A stretch of DNA of 64,000 bases from Candidatus Burarchaeum sp. (GTDB taxonomy: Archaea; Micrarchaeota; Micrarchaeia; Burarchaeales; Burarchaeaceae), in NCBI GenBank assembly GCA_030646255.1, contig JAUSNF010000021.1:9340-73339 (forward strand), read 5' to 3'. The notes under the pieces are model-generated. The model did no database searches. It saw only the letters and a program-made list of their open reading frames with translations, and was not told the origin of the DNA. A program made the translations under genes and the position numbers. The first letter of the stretch is position 1; the number at the start of each line of letters is the position of its first letter. This document shows positions 39,531 to 49,404 of this stretch, piece after piece.

Positions 39531-40685
39531 ATGCAAAAAATCCAATCTCTGCACAGTAGGATGTGCACTCGGCGTTTTGAAAATAAACTGCAGCTCCTGC
39601 GCGAGCGCTGGGTCGAAGGCCGGCCTGCTGATGAAGCGGCAGATCGCTTCGTAGGCCTCAGCCTCGGAACCCGCCGCGACTTCTTCTACAGGCTCTTGCC
39701 AAGCAAGCAAAAGCTGTATGCAGTGGATTTGCTGGCCCTTGAGCTGGTTGCCACGCGGGCACGTAGGACGCAGGAGGAAGCGCATATCGCGCAGGCAATG
39801 GCATGCGCGGGAAAATTCGGCATCCCACAGCTCGAATCGCTGGTTGAAACCGGGATTACGAAAAAAATATCTAATACGGCGTTCAGACAGGAGTCTGACA
39901 ATCCCTCTACAGGACTCTTCCCATTCACTCTGCGCGGGACATTCTGGCGCGCACCCGGGCTCATGCAGATATTCACAGCGGCATACCTGCGGCTCGGGGA
40001 GCTGTTCAGCCGCAGCAGCCCGGAGTACGCAGAAAAATATTATGCTGGCGCAATTGTGCTCGACTCGAAGAACGCCAAGGCATATGTTGCGCGGGGCAAT
40101 ATCTGGCTGCGGCAGGCCAGGACATCCGCCAACTCCAAGGAATCTGCCGGCGGCACTGAAAACGTCGTCAAGTTCCTTACGAATGCCCTTGCGGATTTCG
40201 ACAAGGCACTTGGGCTAGACCCGGGCCATGCAGAAGCCCATTATGGAAAAGGCATGGCGCTGGCTGAGTGGGGCCTCTTGGAAGACGCCATAAGCCAATA
40301 CTCTGCAGCAATACTTCACAACCCGATGCATGCGCAGGCATACACGGAAATGGCCCTTGCAAACCTGACGCTTGGGTTGGAGGCTTGCAGGAGGGAAGGC
40401 ACACCTCCAAACGCCCCTTCAGTTTTTTTGCACCCCGATGAGTTATTGGCGCTTCCAGAAGAAGAATTCAACAAGCTGGGCGCAATAGATCCAATAATGG
40501 ATGCGTTCGATAACTGCGACAAGGCAATCAAATTGGACCCGAAACTGGCAAGAGCCCTGTATATCCGCTCCATACTCAACAACCTCCTGGGCAATTCCGA
40601 TTCTGCAGATGAGGACTTCCGCACTGCGTGCAGCCTGGATCCCGAAATGCCGCCTGACGTCGAACGAATTTCATACCCGGGCTGA
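39531..40685 (+). CDS. TPR repeat protein
   Basis: ALADFDKALGLDPGHAEAHYGKG and similar repeats. Confidence 0.85.
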   Translation: MQKIQSLHSRMCTRRFENKLQLLRERWVEGRPADEAADRFVGLSLGTRRDFFYRLLPSKQKLYAVDLLALELVATRARRTQEEAHIAQAMACAGKFGIPQLESLVETGITKKISNTAFRQESDNPSTGLFPFTLRGTFWRAPGLMQIFTAAYLRLGELFSRSSPEYAEKYYAGAIVLDSKNAKAYVARGNIWLRQARTSANSKESAGGTENVVKFLTNALADFDKALGLDPGHAEAHYGKGMALAEWGLLEDAISQYSAAILHNPMHAQAYTEMALANLTLGLEACRREGTPPNAPSVFLHPDELLALPEEEFNKLGAIDPIMDAFDNCDKAIKLDPKLARALYIRSILNNLLGNSDSADEDFRTACSLDPEMPPDVERISYPG

Positions 40686-40694
40686 GGCCATTTT

Positions 40695-41522
40695 ATGCAC
40701 AAAACAACCCAAGGTTTTCAAAAAACTCCCCGCATTCCCTCTCCCGCCACGGCACCTCTGGCAGAACCTCTCCAAATCCAACCTACAAGCCAGGAGCTCA
40801 TGTACGGTTGGTTTGCGAAAAAGGGATGGCTCACGAAGCGCGGCAAGCCAAGGGCCCAATGGGCTCAAAATCCCGATGCCAAGGCAGAATCAGTAAGGCA
40901 GTTGGTGGTTGCCCTGAAGAAAGATCCTCGCGACCTCGAATTCAATGACTTCCACTTCAACTACCTCTCCGGCCTTATATCCAACTACTACAACGGCAGC
41001 GTATATGCCGCAGTCTCAGACGCATTCCCCGAGCTCAATATCCTTCCATGGGAACTTATGCAAACGCCCCGCGGTTTCTACGAATCCAAGGAAAACCGCA
41101 TCGCAGCCGTCAAATGGCTAGTTGAAAAACTTGGCAAAGATCCGCGCGACATCACAGTCGAAGACTTCCACTCCAACCGCCTCGGTGGCCTTCTGCTGCG
41201 CAACTACAACGACAGCCCCTATGCCGCAGTCTCAGAAGCATTCCCGGAGCTGAACATACATCCATGGGAAATGTTATCGACGCCCCGCGGTTTCAATGAA
41301 TCCAAGGAAAACCGCATCGCAGCCGTCAAATGGCTAGTTGAAAAACTTGGCAAAGACCCAAGAGACATCACAGTCGAAGATTTCCGCTCCAACCGCCTCG
41401 GAGGCCTCCTCAATGCTTACTATCGCGACAGCCCCTACCTTGCCCTTCTCGAGGCTGGCCTGGTCACGCAAGCAGACGAAGCATATATGAAAAGCCGAGG
41501 CCTAAAACGCGCGACAGCCTAG
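40695..41522 (+). CDS. Protein of ~3 tandem 72-aa repeats (DUF4046-like)
   Basis: 216-bp near-identical DNA repeats (41065.. vs 41281..). Confidence 0.8.
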   Translation: MHKTTQGFQKTPRIPSPATAPLAEPLQIQPTSQELMYGWFAKKGWLTKRGKPRAQWAQNPDAKAESVRQLVVALKKDPRDLEFNDFHFNYLSGLISNYYNGSVYAAVSDAFPELNILPWELMQTPRGFYESKENRIAAVKWLVEKLGKDPRDITVEDFHSNRLGGLLLRNYNDSPYAAVSEAFPELNIHPWEMLSTPRGFNESKENRIAAVKWLVEKLGKDPRDITVEDFRSNRLGGLLNAYYRDSPYLALLEAGLVTQADEAYMKSRGLKRATA

Positions 41523-42076
41523 GCGCCTTCCTTCCTCTCCGGGTGCTCCACCCAGAGTTTGCGCCTCTCGTCGTTCAGCCTTCTCCTTCCGCGCTCCAAG
41601 AATTTGTAAACAGTCGAGTGCATCGCGCCCTCTATGAGCATGCCAATGGCCTGCTCTGCAAGCGCAACCTCGTCAACCAGGCCGATTATGGCGACCGTGT
41701 GCCCATATACGCATACATCGGCATCGCTGCACTGCTCGATAATCAGCCTAGTCCTGCCCTGCTCGCCAATCACGCGGCCCTTCACGCGCGCAAGTTCATT
41801 GTCCGAGTCGAACAGGATGCGCAGGTCCATGATTTTCAGATAGTAGTCCTCATCAGTGAGCTTTAGCGCCCTCTCAGGTGCGAAGCCTCTTCCAATAGCA
41901 AGCACCACATCTTTTGCGCGCCACTCATCGAGCGGGTCCTTGGCCTTTACCTCGACCTCGCCCTCCTCGCTTACCTTGAGCTTGCACCTGCACAGCTTCT
42001 CTAGCTTGCGCTTGTCCTTTCCCTTCTCGCCCACGAGCACTCCGACCCGCTCCTCAGGTATGTTGACAAGCTGCAT
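41519..42076 (-). CDS. KH-domain rRNA processing protein (Dim2/Pno1-Krr1 family)
   Basis: AIGRGF, KGRVIGEQGRTR, HSTVYKFL. Confidence 0.93.
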   Translation of the reverse strand: MQLVNIPEERVGVLVGEKGKDKRKLEKLCRCKLKVSEEGEVEVKAKDPLDEWRAKDVVLAIGRGFAPERALKLTDEDYYLKIMDLRILFDSDNELARVKGRVIGEQGRTRLIIEQCSDADVCVYGHTVAIIGLVDEVALAEQAIGMLIEGAMHSTVYKFLERGRRRLNDERRKLWVEHPERKEGA

Positions 42077-42130
42077 GCCGTCTACTAAGCAAGGCTAATC
42101 TTATTACATTTATCCCAACCAACTTTCATT

Positions 42131-42760
42131 ATGCCTTCCAACTCCGACCTCATCGCGCACCTCCTCGAGTCCGGTTATGCAGATGCGCGGGTGGCAGATG
42201 CAATGCGTAAAATCGACCGCATCAACTTCATTCCAGCCGAGCTCGCCCCCCACGTCTATCACGACACACCGCTGCCAATCGGCCATGGCCAAACTATCAG
42301 CGCGCCCGGCATTGTCGCATTGATGAGCAAGCTTCTCGACGTGCGCGAGGGCATGACTGTTTTAGAAGTTGGCTCAGGCAGCGGCTACCAGGCAGCTATT
42401 TTAGCCGAACTCGTAGGCAAGCGCGGCCGCATAATTACACTCGAGCGCATTGAGTGGCTTGTTTCATTTGCAAAAGAAAACTGCAATCGCGCGGGCTACA
42501 AGAATATTGAGTTTATTCATGGCGACGGAAGCAAAGGCCACTCTGCAAAAGCGCCCTACGCGCGCATAATCGTAACAGCCGCCGCGCGCTCAGTTCCAAA
42601 AGCCCTCACAGACCAGCTGGCAGAAGGCGGCAAGCTCGTTATACCTGTGGGCCAGCCTTATAGACAGGACTTGCTCGTGATAGACAAGCTCGCGGGCGGC
42701 GAGCTGCGCACCGAGCCCAGCATACCGGTTATTTTTGTGCCGCTGATAGAAGGTTATTAA
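42131..42760 (+). CDS. pcm: Protein-L-isoaspartate O-methyltransferase
   Basis: GQTISAP, VLEVGSGSGYQAA, GDGSKG, FVPL. Confidence 0.95.
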   Translation: MPSNSDLIAHLLESGYADARVADAMRKIDRINFIPAELAPHVYHDTPLPIGHGQTISAPGIVALMSKLLDVREGMTVLEVGSGSGYQAAILAELVGKRGRIITLERIEWLVSFAKENCNRAGYKNIEFIHGDGSKGHSAKAPYARIIVTAAARSVPKALTDQLAEGGKLVIPVGQPYRQDLLVIDKLAGGELRTEPSIPVIFVPLIEGY

Positions 42761-42820
42761 ATATTCGCGGGCACAATTCCTTTGCTCCGTTGATACAAAA
42801 TTGAGGGGCAGGTGTTTTTC

Positions 42821-43309
42821 ATGGGTATGTATAAGTACATCAAGCAGACGCTACAAAAGGAATACGCGACTCGTTCTCCTGAATACAGGGCAAGGCTCAC
42901 TTCCTGGGGCAAGCAGCCCACTACTATCAGGGTTGAGAAGCCCACGAACCTTGCGAGAGCACGCGAGCTCGGCTACAAGGCCAGGCAGGGCGTTGTAATT
43001 GTGCGCGTGCGCGTAAGGCGCGGCAGGAGGAAGCGCGAGAAGGCCGACCTCGGCAGGAAGCCGGGAAAGGCCGGCAGGTTCTTCTCGCCGGGCAAGTCGC
43101 TCCAGCGCATTGCGGAGGAGCGCGCCAACATCCACTACCCGAACTGCGAGGTGCTGAACAGCTACTGGGTCGGCGCGACCGGGCAGGACAAGTACTTCGA
43201 GGTCATACTCTACGACAGGGCGCACCCTGCGAACAAGGACATGCCGAAGCAGGTGGGCAGGGTCTTCAGGGGCCTCACGCACTCGGGCAAGAAGGGCAGG
43301 TCGCTCTGA
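42821..43309 (+). CDS. rpl15e: 50S ribosomal protein L15e
   Basis: ARELGYKARQG, EVLNSYWVG, GRVFRGLT. Confidence 0.97.
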   Translation: MGMYKYIKQTLQKEYATRSPEYRARLTSWGKQPTTIRVEKPTNLARARELGYKARQGVVIVRVRVRRGRRKREKADLGRKPGKAGRFFSPGKSLQRIAEERANIHYPNCEVLNSYWVGATGQDKYFEVILYDRAHPANKDMPKQVGRVFRGLTHSGKKGRSL

Positions 43310-43322
43310 AATAGGTGAGCCT

Positions 43323-43448
43323 GTGAACGTAACTCTGGGCACGCCCTTCAAGGCGCTTCTCCATAAGGCAGTAGAGGTTGAACTGCAGAAAATGGAAGGA
43401 CGGCGCTGGCTGCCAATGAAAGAAGTAATGAAGAAGGCAGGGCTCTGA
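43323..43448 (+). CDS. 41-aa antitoxin-like peptide (possibly internally deleted RHH antitoxin)
   Basis: AGGTGA RBS, GTG start; MNVTLGTPFKALLHKAVEVELQKMEGRRWLPMKEVMKKAGL. Confidence 0.45.
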   Translation: MNVTLGTPFKALLHKAVEVELQKMEGRRWLPMKEVMKKAGL

Positions 43449-43540
43449 AACGCGATGTTTTTCCTTTATTCTTTTAGGAATATTTCTGTCAAAAAATATT
43501 ATAAAGCCCGGGCGCAGCGATAGAATGCAAACCAAGAGGT

Positions 43541-44257
43541 GTGCATATGTGCGGTCAGGTAAGCGTTTCAACAAATCAAAGAACAGAGGCCGTTTCTCTA
43601 CAGCACGGAGTTAAACTTATTCAGGCCTTTTCAACCCGCCTGCTCCAGAAGAATGCGCCCACAGAGCGCGTCAGGCTTCCGGGGGACGTGCTTGCAGGAG
43701 GCAAACCTGCGATTGAACAGTATATAAAGGAAAATTATGGCACGGGGAAGCTGGAGAGCCGGAATCTAAGGGCGCAAAGTTATGTAGAAAAGAATTATGA
43801 CATACTGCTCCTGGAGGGCTTCAAGACCGCGGCGCCACAAGCGGTGTTGGACAAATGGGCCCCTATTGTATTGGAAGACCTCAGATCACAAGGCCTTCTG
43901 CGCCCCGCTCCTTTAGAGCTTGTTGAGGTCAAGGGGCTGAATGGCATCAACTTAGATTCTACAGACCTTTCGGGCTTCAAATTTACCCGGGTCGCGGCTC
44001 CGAACGCAACATTCTGGCGCACCCGCGCAATATCAGAGACAACCATCGATGGGGGCGTTTTCAACGGAATCGAGGTATCATTCGCAGACTGGGTGGGCGT
44101 GAAGTTTATCAATGACGTGAATGTGCGGGACTCCTATTTCCGCGAAGTATTTATCACAAAAGAAGGCACCAGCGGCGGCGATTTCGGGTGTGCAACCGGT
44201 GTGAGCGACGGCGGCATGAGGTTCGTGAAGCCGCAGCCGGAGACGATACGGCAATAA
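43541..44257 (+). CDS. Hypothetical protein with degenerate pentapeptide repeats
   Basis: GINLDSTDLSGFKF.. Confidence 0.6.
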   Translation: MHMCGQVSVSTNQRTEAVSLQHGVKLIQAFSTRLLQKNAPTERVRLPGDVLAGGKPAIEQYIKENYGTGKLESRNLRAQSYVEKNYDILLLEGFKTAAPQAVLDKWAPIVLEDLRSQGLLRPAPLELVEVKGLNGINLDSTDLSGFKFTRVAAPNATFWRTRAISETTIDGGVFNGIEVSFADWVGVKFINDVNVRDSYFREVFITKEGTSGGDFGCATGVSDGGMRFVKPQPETIRQ

Positions 44258-44371
44258 CTGCAACGAAACCTCGCTCTCCCGGCCGCACTTCTGGCAGGCG
44301 CACATAAGAAAAGCTTAAATCTGCCCTAGTGCACAACGCCCTACTAATTTGAACGATGCGGGCGGCTGGAC

Positions 44372-44890
44372 ATGGCGCAGAAACAAGAACCACCTAAAGG
44401 CAAGAAAGAAAAGAAAAAGCCTTCCAGGTCCGGCGTGCTGTCCGCACACCCTATCGCGCGTTCTCCTTATCAGAGGCTTTCAAATATGAAACCTGCCCCA
44501 GACGTAAATCCGCCCTCGAAAAACGGCAGATCAAAATATTTCCGGCCGCAGAAATGCATCGATGCCATCAGGAGTTCGACCACTCCCGCCACAACGCAGA
44601 TGAACCTGGGCGTGCTGGCCTTGTTCATAAAGAATTATGCGGGCGACCTGCCCCTTGACCTGAGCGGCCTAGACCTCTCGGGACTCTACCTTCCGCACGC
44701 CAACTTAACCGGCGCGAACCTCGCACGCACAAAATTCATAGGCGCCACCCTCGATGGAGCCGATTTCACAGGCGCCACCCTCACGGACGCCATATTCAAA
44801 AACGCCTACCTCAAAGACGCCATCTTCCCGCGCGAGCACGCGGATCTGCTGTCAGATGACCAAAAGAGGCAGATTAAAGAGTGGGCCTGA
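44372..44890 (+). CDS. Pentapeptide repeat protein
   Basis: ANLTGANLARTKFIGATLDGADFTGATLT. Confidence 0.85.
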   Translation: MAQKQEPPKGKKEKKKPSRSGVLSAHPIARSPYQRLSNMKPAPDVNPPSKNGRSKYFRPQKCIDAIRSSTTPATTQMNLGVLALFIKNYAGDLPLDLSGLDLSGLYLPHANLTGANLARTKFIGATLDGADFTGATLTDAIFKNAYLKDAIFPREHADLLSDDQKRQIKEWA

Positions 44891-44925
44891 GCAACCTATT
44901 TTAACCGTGCCTTCGCAATAGCCTC

Positions 44926-45474
44926 ATGGCCTATTACGACATGCACGTGAGGTTCAAGCCTTCTGCGTCAGACCTGCGCGAGCTGGGCTTTGCCTCTGCA
45001 TGCACCGGAGGCGAGCAGGTTCAGGAATGCGTAATACACAATGAAAACGAGCTTTCGCAGGCTCCTGCGAAGGGCAAGATATCAATTCTCGCATGCGAGA
45101 ATCCCGAGCTCCTGCGCAAGGGCGTGAAGCGCTTCGACCTTTTCTTCGTATCGTCATTCTACCCGGACACAGCGCTCATGCGCGAGGTTGCGCGCGAGGA
45201 GAAGGCTTTCGAAATACCGGTTAACGGGCTGCTGCGCTCAGGAGGCTACGCAAGGGCCAACCTGCTTGCAAGGATGCGCTTCTTCGTGCGGCTGTGCATA
45301 AAGTACAAGGCGGATTTTGTGCTGACCAGCAGGGCGAGCGACAGGCTTGAAATGAAGAGTGTGGATGAGCTGATTGCGATTGCAGGCATGCTCGGGCTTG
45401 AGCCACAGCAAGCAAAGCATTCTCTTTCAGATGTGGCTGGGCGCATAATCAGCGAAGCAGCCTCACGCCACTAA
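44926..45474 (+). CDS. rnp3: RNase P subunit Rpp30
   Basis: YDMHV, AFEIP, VLTSRA; superoperon position. Confidence 0.8.
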   Translation: MAYYDMHVRFKPSASDLRELGFASACTGGEQVQECVIHNENELSQAPAKGKISILACENPELLRKGVKRFDLFFVSSFYPDTALMREVAREEKAFEIPVNGLLRSGGYARANLLARMRFFVRLCIKYKADFVLTSRASDRLEMKSVDELIAIAGMLGLEPQQAKHSLSDVAGRIISEAASRH

Positions 45475-45832
45475 TGCCATGGAAATGGGAATCGTAAGTA
45501 ACAAGCAAAGCCGATTTCTGCTGGGCAGCGGTAAGTATTATTGCGTCTGCAAGGGACAATCTATGCTTTATCGCATTATTTGCTGCCTCCTCACACAAGA
45601 AAGAATCAACATCAACAATCTCGCTATTGCTCTTGACAAACCAAAGCTTGGACTCTCTTTCTGAACGCGGTATTCCGACGCCCAGCATCTTTTTCTTGAT
45701 TTCGAAAAGGGACAAAGCGCATGTGAATTTGCGCATCTCGTCATTTTCCGCATAACCTGCCGCTTGTTCTTCTCCACTAACAAGATATGTAATCCAAACC
45801 GAAGAGTCAAGTAAAACCCTAGTATCTGTCAT
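45449..45832 (-). CDS. vapC: VapC PIN-domain toxin
   Basis: LLDSSVW, E, LSLADA, LVTYDSHF. Confidence 0.9.
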   Translation of the reverse strand: MTDTRVLLDSSVWITYLVSGEEQAAGYAENDEMRKFTCALSLFEIKKKMLGVGIPRSERESKLWFVKSNSEIVDVDSFLCEEAANNAIKHRLSLADAIILTAAQQKSALLVTYDSHFHGISGVRLLR

Positions 45833-46034
45833 GCTCGTCCCTCAGTCCTTTCAATGCTTCTTCTCTCGATTTGAAATACTTCTGAAGAGACCCACGCATA
45901 GATTTGGGCGCGGCCTTTTTTCTCACAAGATGGGAAATAATGTCGTCGTAAGAACTCGCCTTTTCTTTCTTCCTGAGCTCCTTTAGCATAGCTATCGTCT
46001 GCACCCGAAGTTGTACTGTTGAGAATTCTCCCAT
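45819..46034 (-). CDS. vapB: VapB-type antitoxin
   Basis: STVQL..SYDDII..SMRG; overlaps vapC; palindrome CTTATA-TTC-TATAAG upstream (46046-46060). Confidence 0.8.
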   Translation of the reverse strand: MGEFSTVQLRVQTIAMLKELRKKEKASSYDDIISHLVRKKAAPKSMRGSLQKYFKSREEALKGLRDEHDRY

Positions 46035-46105
46035 GCGCTCACCTGCTTATATTCTATAAGTTATAGCCTATAGATTTTTAAACCTTTCCTTCGTATCCTA
46101 TATCT

Positions 46106-46435
46106 ATGACGTTGAAGCCAAGCATGCGCGAGAAGTGGCGCTACGTTTCATTCAGGCTTGAGGTAGAGGGCGAGCTGAGTGCAAGCGAGGCAAAGGACGG
46201 CATTGAGAAGGGCGTCATACGCTTCCTCGGCGAGCTGGGCGCCTCGATAGCGAAGCCCAAGGTGCTCGAGTACGGTGCGCAGGAGCGCGAGGGCATCGTA
46301 AGGTGCGAGACTGCGGGCGTGGGCGGGGTGCGCGCTGCCCTTGCGCTAATCAATAATTTAGGCGGCAAGAGGTGCGCAGTGCGCACGCTCAAGACGAGCG
46401 GCACTATTGCAGGGCTTGGCGTGAAGCACCGCTAA
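46106..46435 (+). CDS. rnp2: RNase P subunit Pop5/Rpp14
   Basis: PSMREKWRYVSF..GIVRC..TSGTI. Confidence 0.9.
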   Translation: MTLKPSMREKWRYVSFRLEVEGELSASEAKDGIEKGVIRFLGELGASIAKPKVLEYGAQEREGIVRCETAGVGGVRAALALINNLGGKRCAVRTLKTSGTIAGLGVKHR

Positions 46436-46495
46436 ACCCTTTTAAATATATAGCGTTCCAACTACTTCATAGTTCTGTTCACAGAGGTGAAATCA

Positions 46496-47203
46496 ATGTA
46501 TCCAGCTGTAAATCCACAGGCTTACGACAGGGCCATAACCGTATTCAGCCCTGACGGCAGGCTGTTCCAGGTAGAATATGCGAAGGAAGCCGTGAGGCGC
46601 GGAGCGACTGCAGTGGGCGTAGTGGGCGCAGATGCAGTAGTGCTCGTGGCCTTCAAGAACCTCACCTCAAACTTGCTCGTGAACGAGTCCATGAAGAAGG
46701 TGTACAAGATTGACGACCACCTTGCGGCAACTGCCAGCGGGCTGGTCGCGGATGCGCGCAGGCTCGTGGACATCGCGCGCCTCGAGGCGCAGAAGCACAA
46801 GCTGCAGTACAACGAGCCCATATCGGTCGAGCAGCTCAGCAGGCACCTGTGCGACCTTATGCAGATTTACACGCAGTACGGGGGCATCAGGCCCTTCGGA
46901 GTTTCCCTGCTCATGGGCGGAGTGGACGGCGAACCGAGGCTCTACGAAGTGGAGCCCAGCGGCGCGCTCACTGGCTACAAGGCCTATGCAATCGGCTCGG
47001 GCAAGAAGGACGCCGAGGCATTCTTCGAGAAGGAGTACAAGGACGGCATGAAGATGGAAGAGTGCATAGAGCTCGCGCTCAAGGCTCTCAAGAAGAGCGA
47101 GAACGTGAAGTTCAAGCCCGAGAACATCGACATAGCGGTTGCCACAAAGGCCACGAAGACATTCAAGGTGCTTGAGCCGGCCGAATCCGTAAAGTACCTC
47201 TGA
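46496..47203 (+). CDS. psmA: Proteasome alpha subunit
   Basis: YDRAITVFSPDGRLFQVEYA. Confidence 0.97.
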   Translation: MYPAVNPQAYDRAITVFSPDGRLFQVEYAKEAVRRGATAVGVVGADAVVLVAFKNLTSNLLVNESMKKVYKIDDHLAATASGLVADARRLVDIARLEAQKHKLQYNEPISVEQLSRHLCDLMQIYTQYGGIRPFGVSLLMGGVDGEPRLYEVEPSGALTGYKAYAIGSGKKDAEAFFEKEYKDGMKMEECIELALKALKKSENVKFKPENIDIAVATKATKTFKVLEPAESVKYL

Positions 47204-47230
47204 TGATTGCTGCCCTGAGAGGGCAATTTT

Positions 47231-47926
47231 ATGACATCGCTCGAGAAGTCGGTAATAGCGCATCTTGACATGCAGGGCGAGCACTTCGAACTGCTGGTGG
47301 ATGCCGACCTTGCCTACATGTACAAGACGGGCAAGAAGACTGACTTGGCAAATGTTCTGGTGGTGGAGGAAGTATTCAAGGACGCGAAGAAGAGCGAGAG
47401 GCACAAGAGCGAACTGCTGCAGAAGATGTTCAAGACTACGGACATAAACGAGATTGCGAAGCAGATAATACAACGGGGTGAACTGCAGCTGACGACAGAC
47501 CAGCGCAGGAAAATGCTGGAGGACAAGAGGAAGCAGATAGTGGCGATAATCGCGCGCGAGTGCATTGACCCGCGCACGGGCGCGCCGCACCCTCCTGCAA
47601 GAATCGAGAAGGCGATGGAGGAGGCGCGCGTGCACATAGACGCCACCAAGAGCGCCGAGGCGCAGCTCGAGGAAGTCATGAGCTCCCTGCGGCCGCTGCT
47701 GCCCCTCAAGTTCGAGAAGCTGCGCATTGCGGTCAGAATTCCCGCGGAGTTTGCGTCCAAGGCATTCGGCTCGCTCAAGGAGTTCAACATGCAGCAGGAT
47801 GAATGGCAGAAGGACGGCTCGCTCATCGCGGTTGTCGAGATTCCCGCCGGAACGCAGGGAGACTTCTACGACCGCGTGAACAAGCTGACCGCGGGCAAGG
47901 TCGAGACAAAGGTCCTGAAAAAGTAG
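47231..47926 (+). CDS. sdo1: Ribosome maturation protein SBDS/Sdo1
   Basis: [25 protein letters not shown]. Confidence 0.95.
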   Translation: MTSLEKSVIAHLDMQGEHFELLVDADLAYMYKTGKKTDLANVLVVEEVFKDAKKSERHKSELLQKMFKTTDINEIAKQIIQRGELQLTTDQRRKMLEDKRKQIVAIIARECIDPRTGAPHPPARIEKAMEEARVHIDATKSAEAQLEEVMSSLRPLLPLKFEKLRIAVRIPAEFASKAFGSLKEFNMQQDEWQKDGSLIAVVEIPAGTQGDFYDRVNKLTAGKVETKVLKK

Positions 47927-47987
47927 GCGGAAACGGGATGCGGGCGGAAAACGGAAATTCGTGATTTGCGATAACAGGTGATTTTGG

Positions 47988-48587
47988 ATGGCAGGAAAAT
48001 TGGTGGTTCCAGGCGAGATAATCGCCGAAGGCTCGAAAGGCGGCGTGAATGCCTACAGCGAAGATGGCAAGATACGCTCTGAAGTAATCGGCATCGTGGA
48101 CGAGCAGAAGGGCCGTGTCATACCCTTGAACGGCCAATACATACCAACGGCGGGCGATTGGGTAATCGGCGTGGTGCAGGACGTGAAGTACGCGGGCTGC
48201 GGCGTTGAGATAAAGTCCGCCTACCGCGCATTCATACTCAACAAGATGACGCGCATTGAGTTCAAGATGGGCGATGTGGTGGGCGCGACTATTGAGCGCG
48301 TTGACGAGGCGCGCAACATTGACCTGGCCGAGCCCCGCAGGCTAGTGGGCGGCGAGATTCTTGTGATTAGCGCCGTGAAAGTGCCGCGCGTGATTGGCAG
48401 GGCAAACTCGATGATAAACATGCTCATAACGGAGACGGGCAGCGAGATTCTCGTTGGCAGGAATGGAAGGATATGGATAAAGGGCGGCAAGAGCGCGCTC
48501 GCGGTGCGCGCAATTCTGACAATCGAGCGCGAGGCGCACACGCAAGGGCTAACGGACCGCATAACTGAATTGCTGAAGACCGGGTGA
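47988..48587 (+). CDS. rrp4: Exosome RNA-binding subunit Rrp4
   Basis: LVVPGE, S1 domain, KVPRVIG, GRNGRIW. Confidence 0.93.
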   Translation: MAGKLVVPGEIIAEGSKGGVNAYSEDGKIRSEVIGIVDEQKGRVIPLNGQYIPTAGDWVIGVVQDVKYAGCGVEIKSAYRAFILNKMTRIEFKMGDVVGATIERVDEARNIDLAEPRRLVGGEILVISAVKVPRVIGRANSMINMLITETGSEILVGRNGRIWIKGGKSALAVRAILTIEREAHTQGLTDRITELLKTG

Positions 48588-48632
48588 AGAAAAGATAGCT
48601 ACAATTGCGTTGCAAAAAACAAAGGTGATTGA

Positions 48633-49400
48633 ATGGTTGGTGGAGCTACCACAAAGGAGCTCATTGTGAATGGAAAACGGCTGGACGGCCGCGCGCTGGA
48701 CGAGCTGAGGCCCATAAAGATAGAGGCCTCGGTGCTCAACAAGGCGGACGGTTCAGCCTACGTAGAGTGGGGAAAGAACAAGGTGATTGCAGGCGTATTC
48801 GGGCCGCGCGAGTGCTTCCCGAGGCGGGATGTCAATCCATACCGCGCAACGCTCAGGTGCAGGTACCGCATGTCGCCCTTTGCGACAAGCGACCATGGCA
48901 GGAGCGGGCCGAACAGGCGCTCGACCGAACTTTCCAAGGTGATAAGGGAAGCCTTCGAGGGCGTTGTTCTGCGCGAGCAGTTCCCGAAGACTGCCATAGA
49001 CGTCACGGTCGAAGTTCTGCAGGCTGACGGCGGCACAAGGTGCGCCTCGCTGGTTGCAGTCTCAACCGCGCTCGCTGATGCGGGCATACCTATGAAGGAT
49101 TTGGTGAGTGCAGTCGCAGTGGGCAAGATAAATGGCAAGCTCGCACTCGACCTCACGGGCGTTGAGGACAACTTCGGAGACAGTGATATACCCGTGGCAA
49201 TAACAGGCCGCAACAAGGAAATAGTGCTGTTCCAGATGGACGGCGTGCTCCTGCCCGAGCAGATTTCGCAGGCGCTTAAGATGGCGTCTGCGGCAAACGA
49301 GCACATACACGCACTGCAGGTGGACGCGCTCAAGCTCGTCTACGAATCTAAGCAGGCGCAGGGCGGTGCCCGCACGGGCGCAGCTTCGGAGGAGGACTGA
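48633..49400 (+). CDS. rrp41: Exosome subunit Rrp41
   Basis: RLDGR..ADGSAY..QADGGTRCA..ED. Confidence 0.95.
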   Translation: MVGGATTKELIVNGKRLDGRALDELRPIKIEASVLNKADGSAYVEWGKNKVIAGVFGPRECFPRRDVNPYRATLRCRYRMSPFATSDHGRSGPNRRSTELSKVIREAFEGVVLREQFPKTAIDVTVEVLQADGGTRCASLVAVSTALADAGIPMKDLVSAVAVGKINGKLALDLTGVEDNFGDSDIPVAITGRNKEIVLFQMDGVLLPEQISQALKMASAANEHIHALQVDALKLVYESKQAQGGARTGAASEED

Positions 49401-49404
49401 TTAT

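Noticed and set aside
41065..41460. DGR template/variable repeat pair
   Set aside because: Both copies are in-frame coding repeats, mismatches are not adenine-specific, and there is no reverse transcriptase
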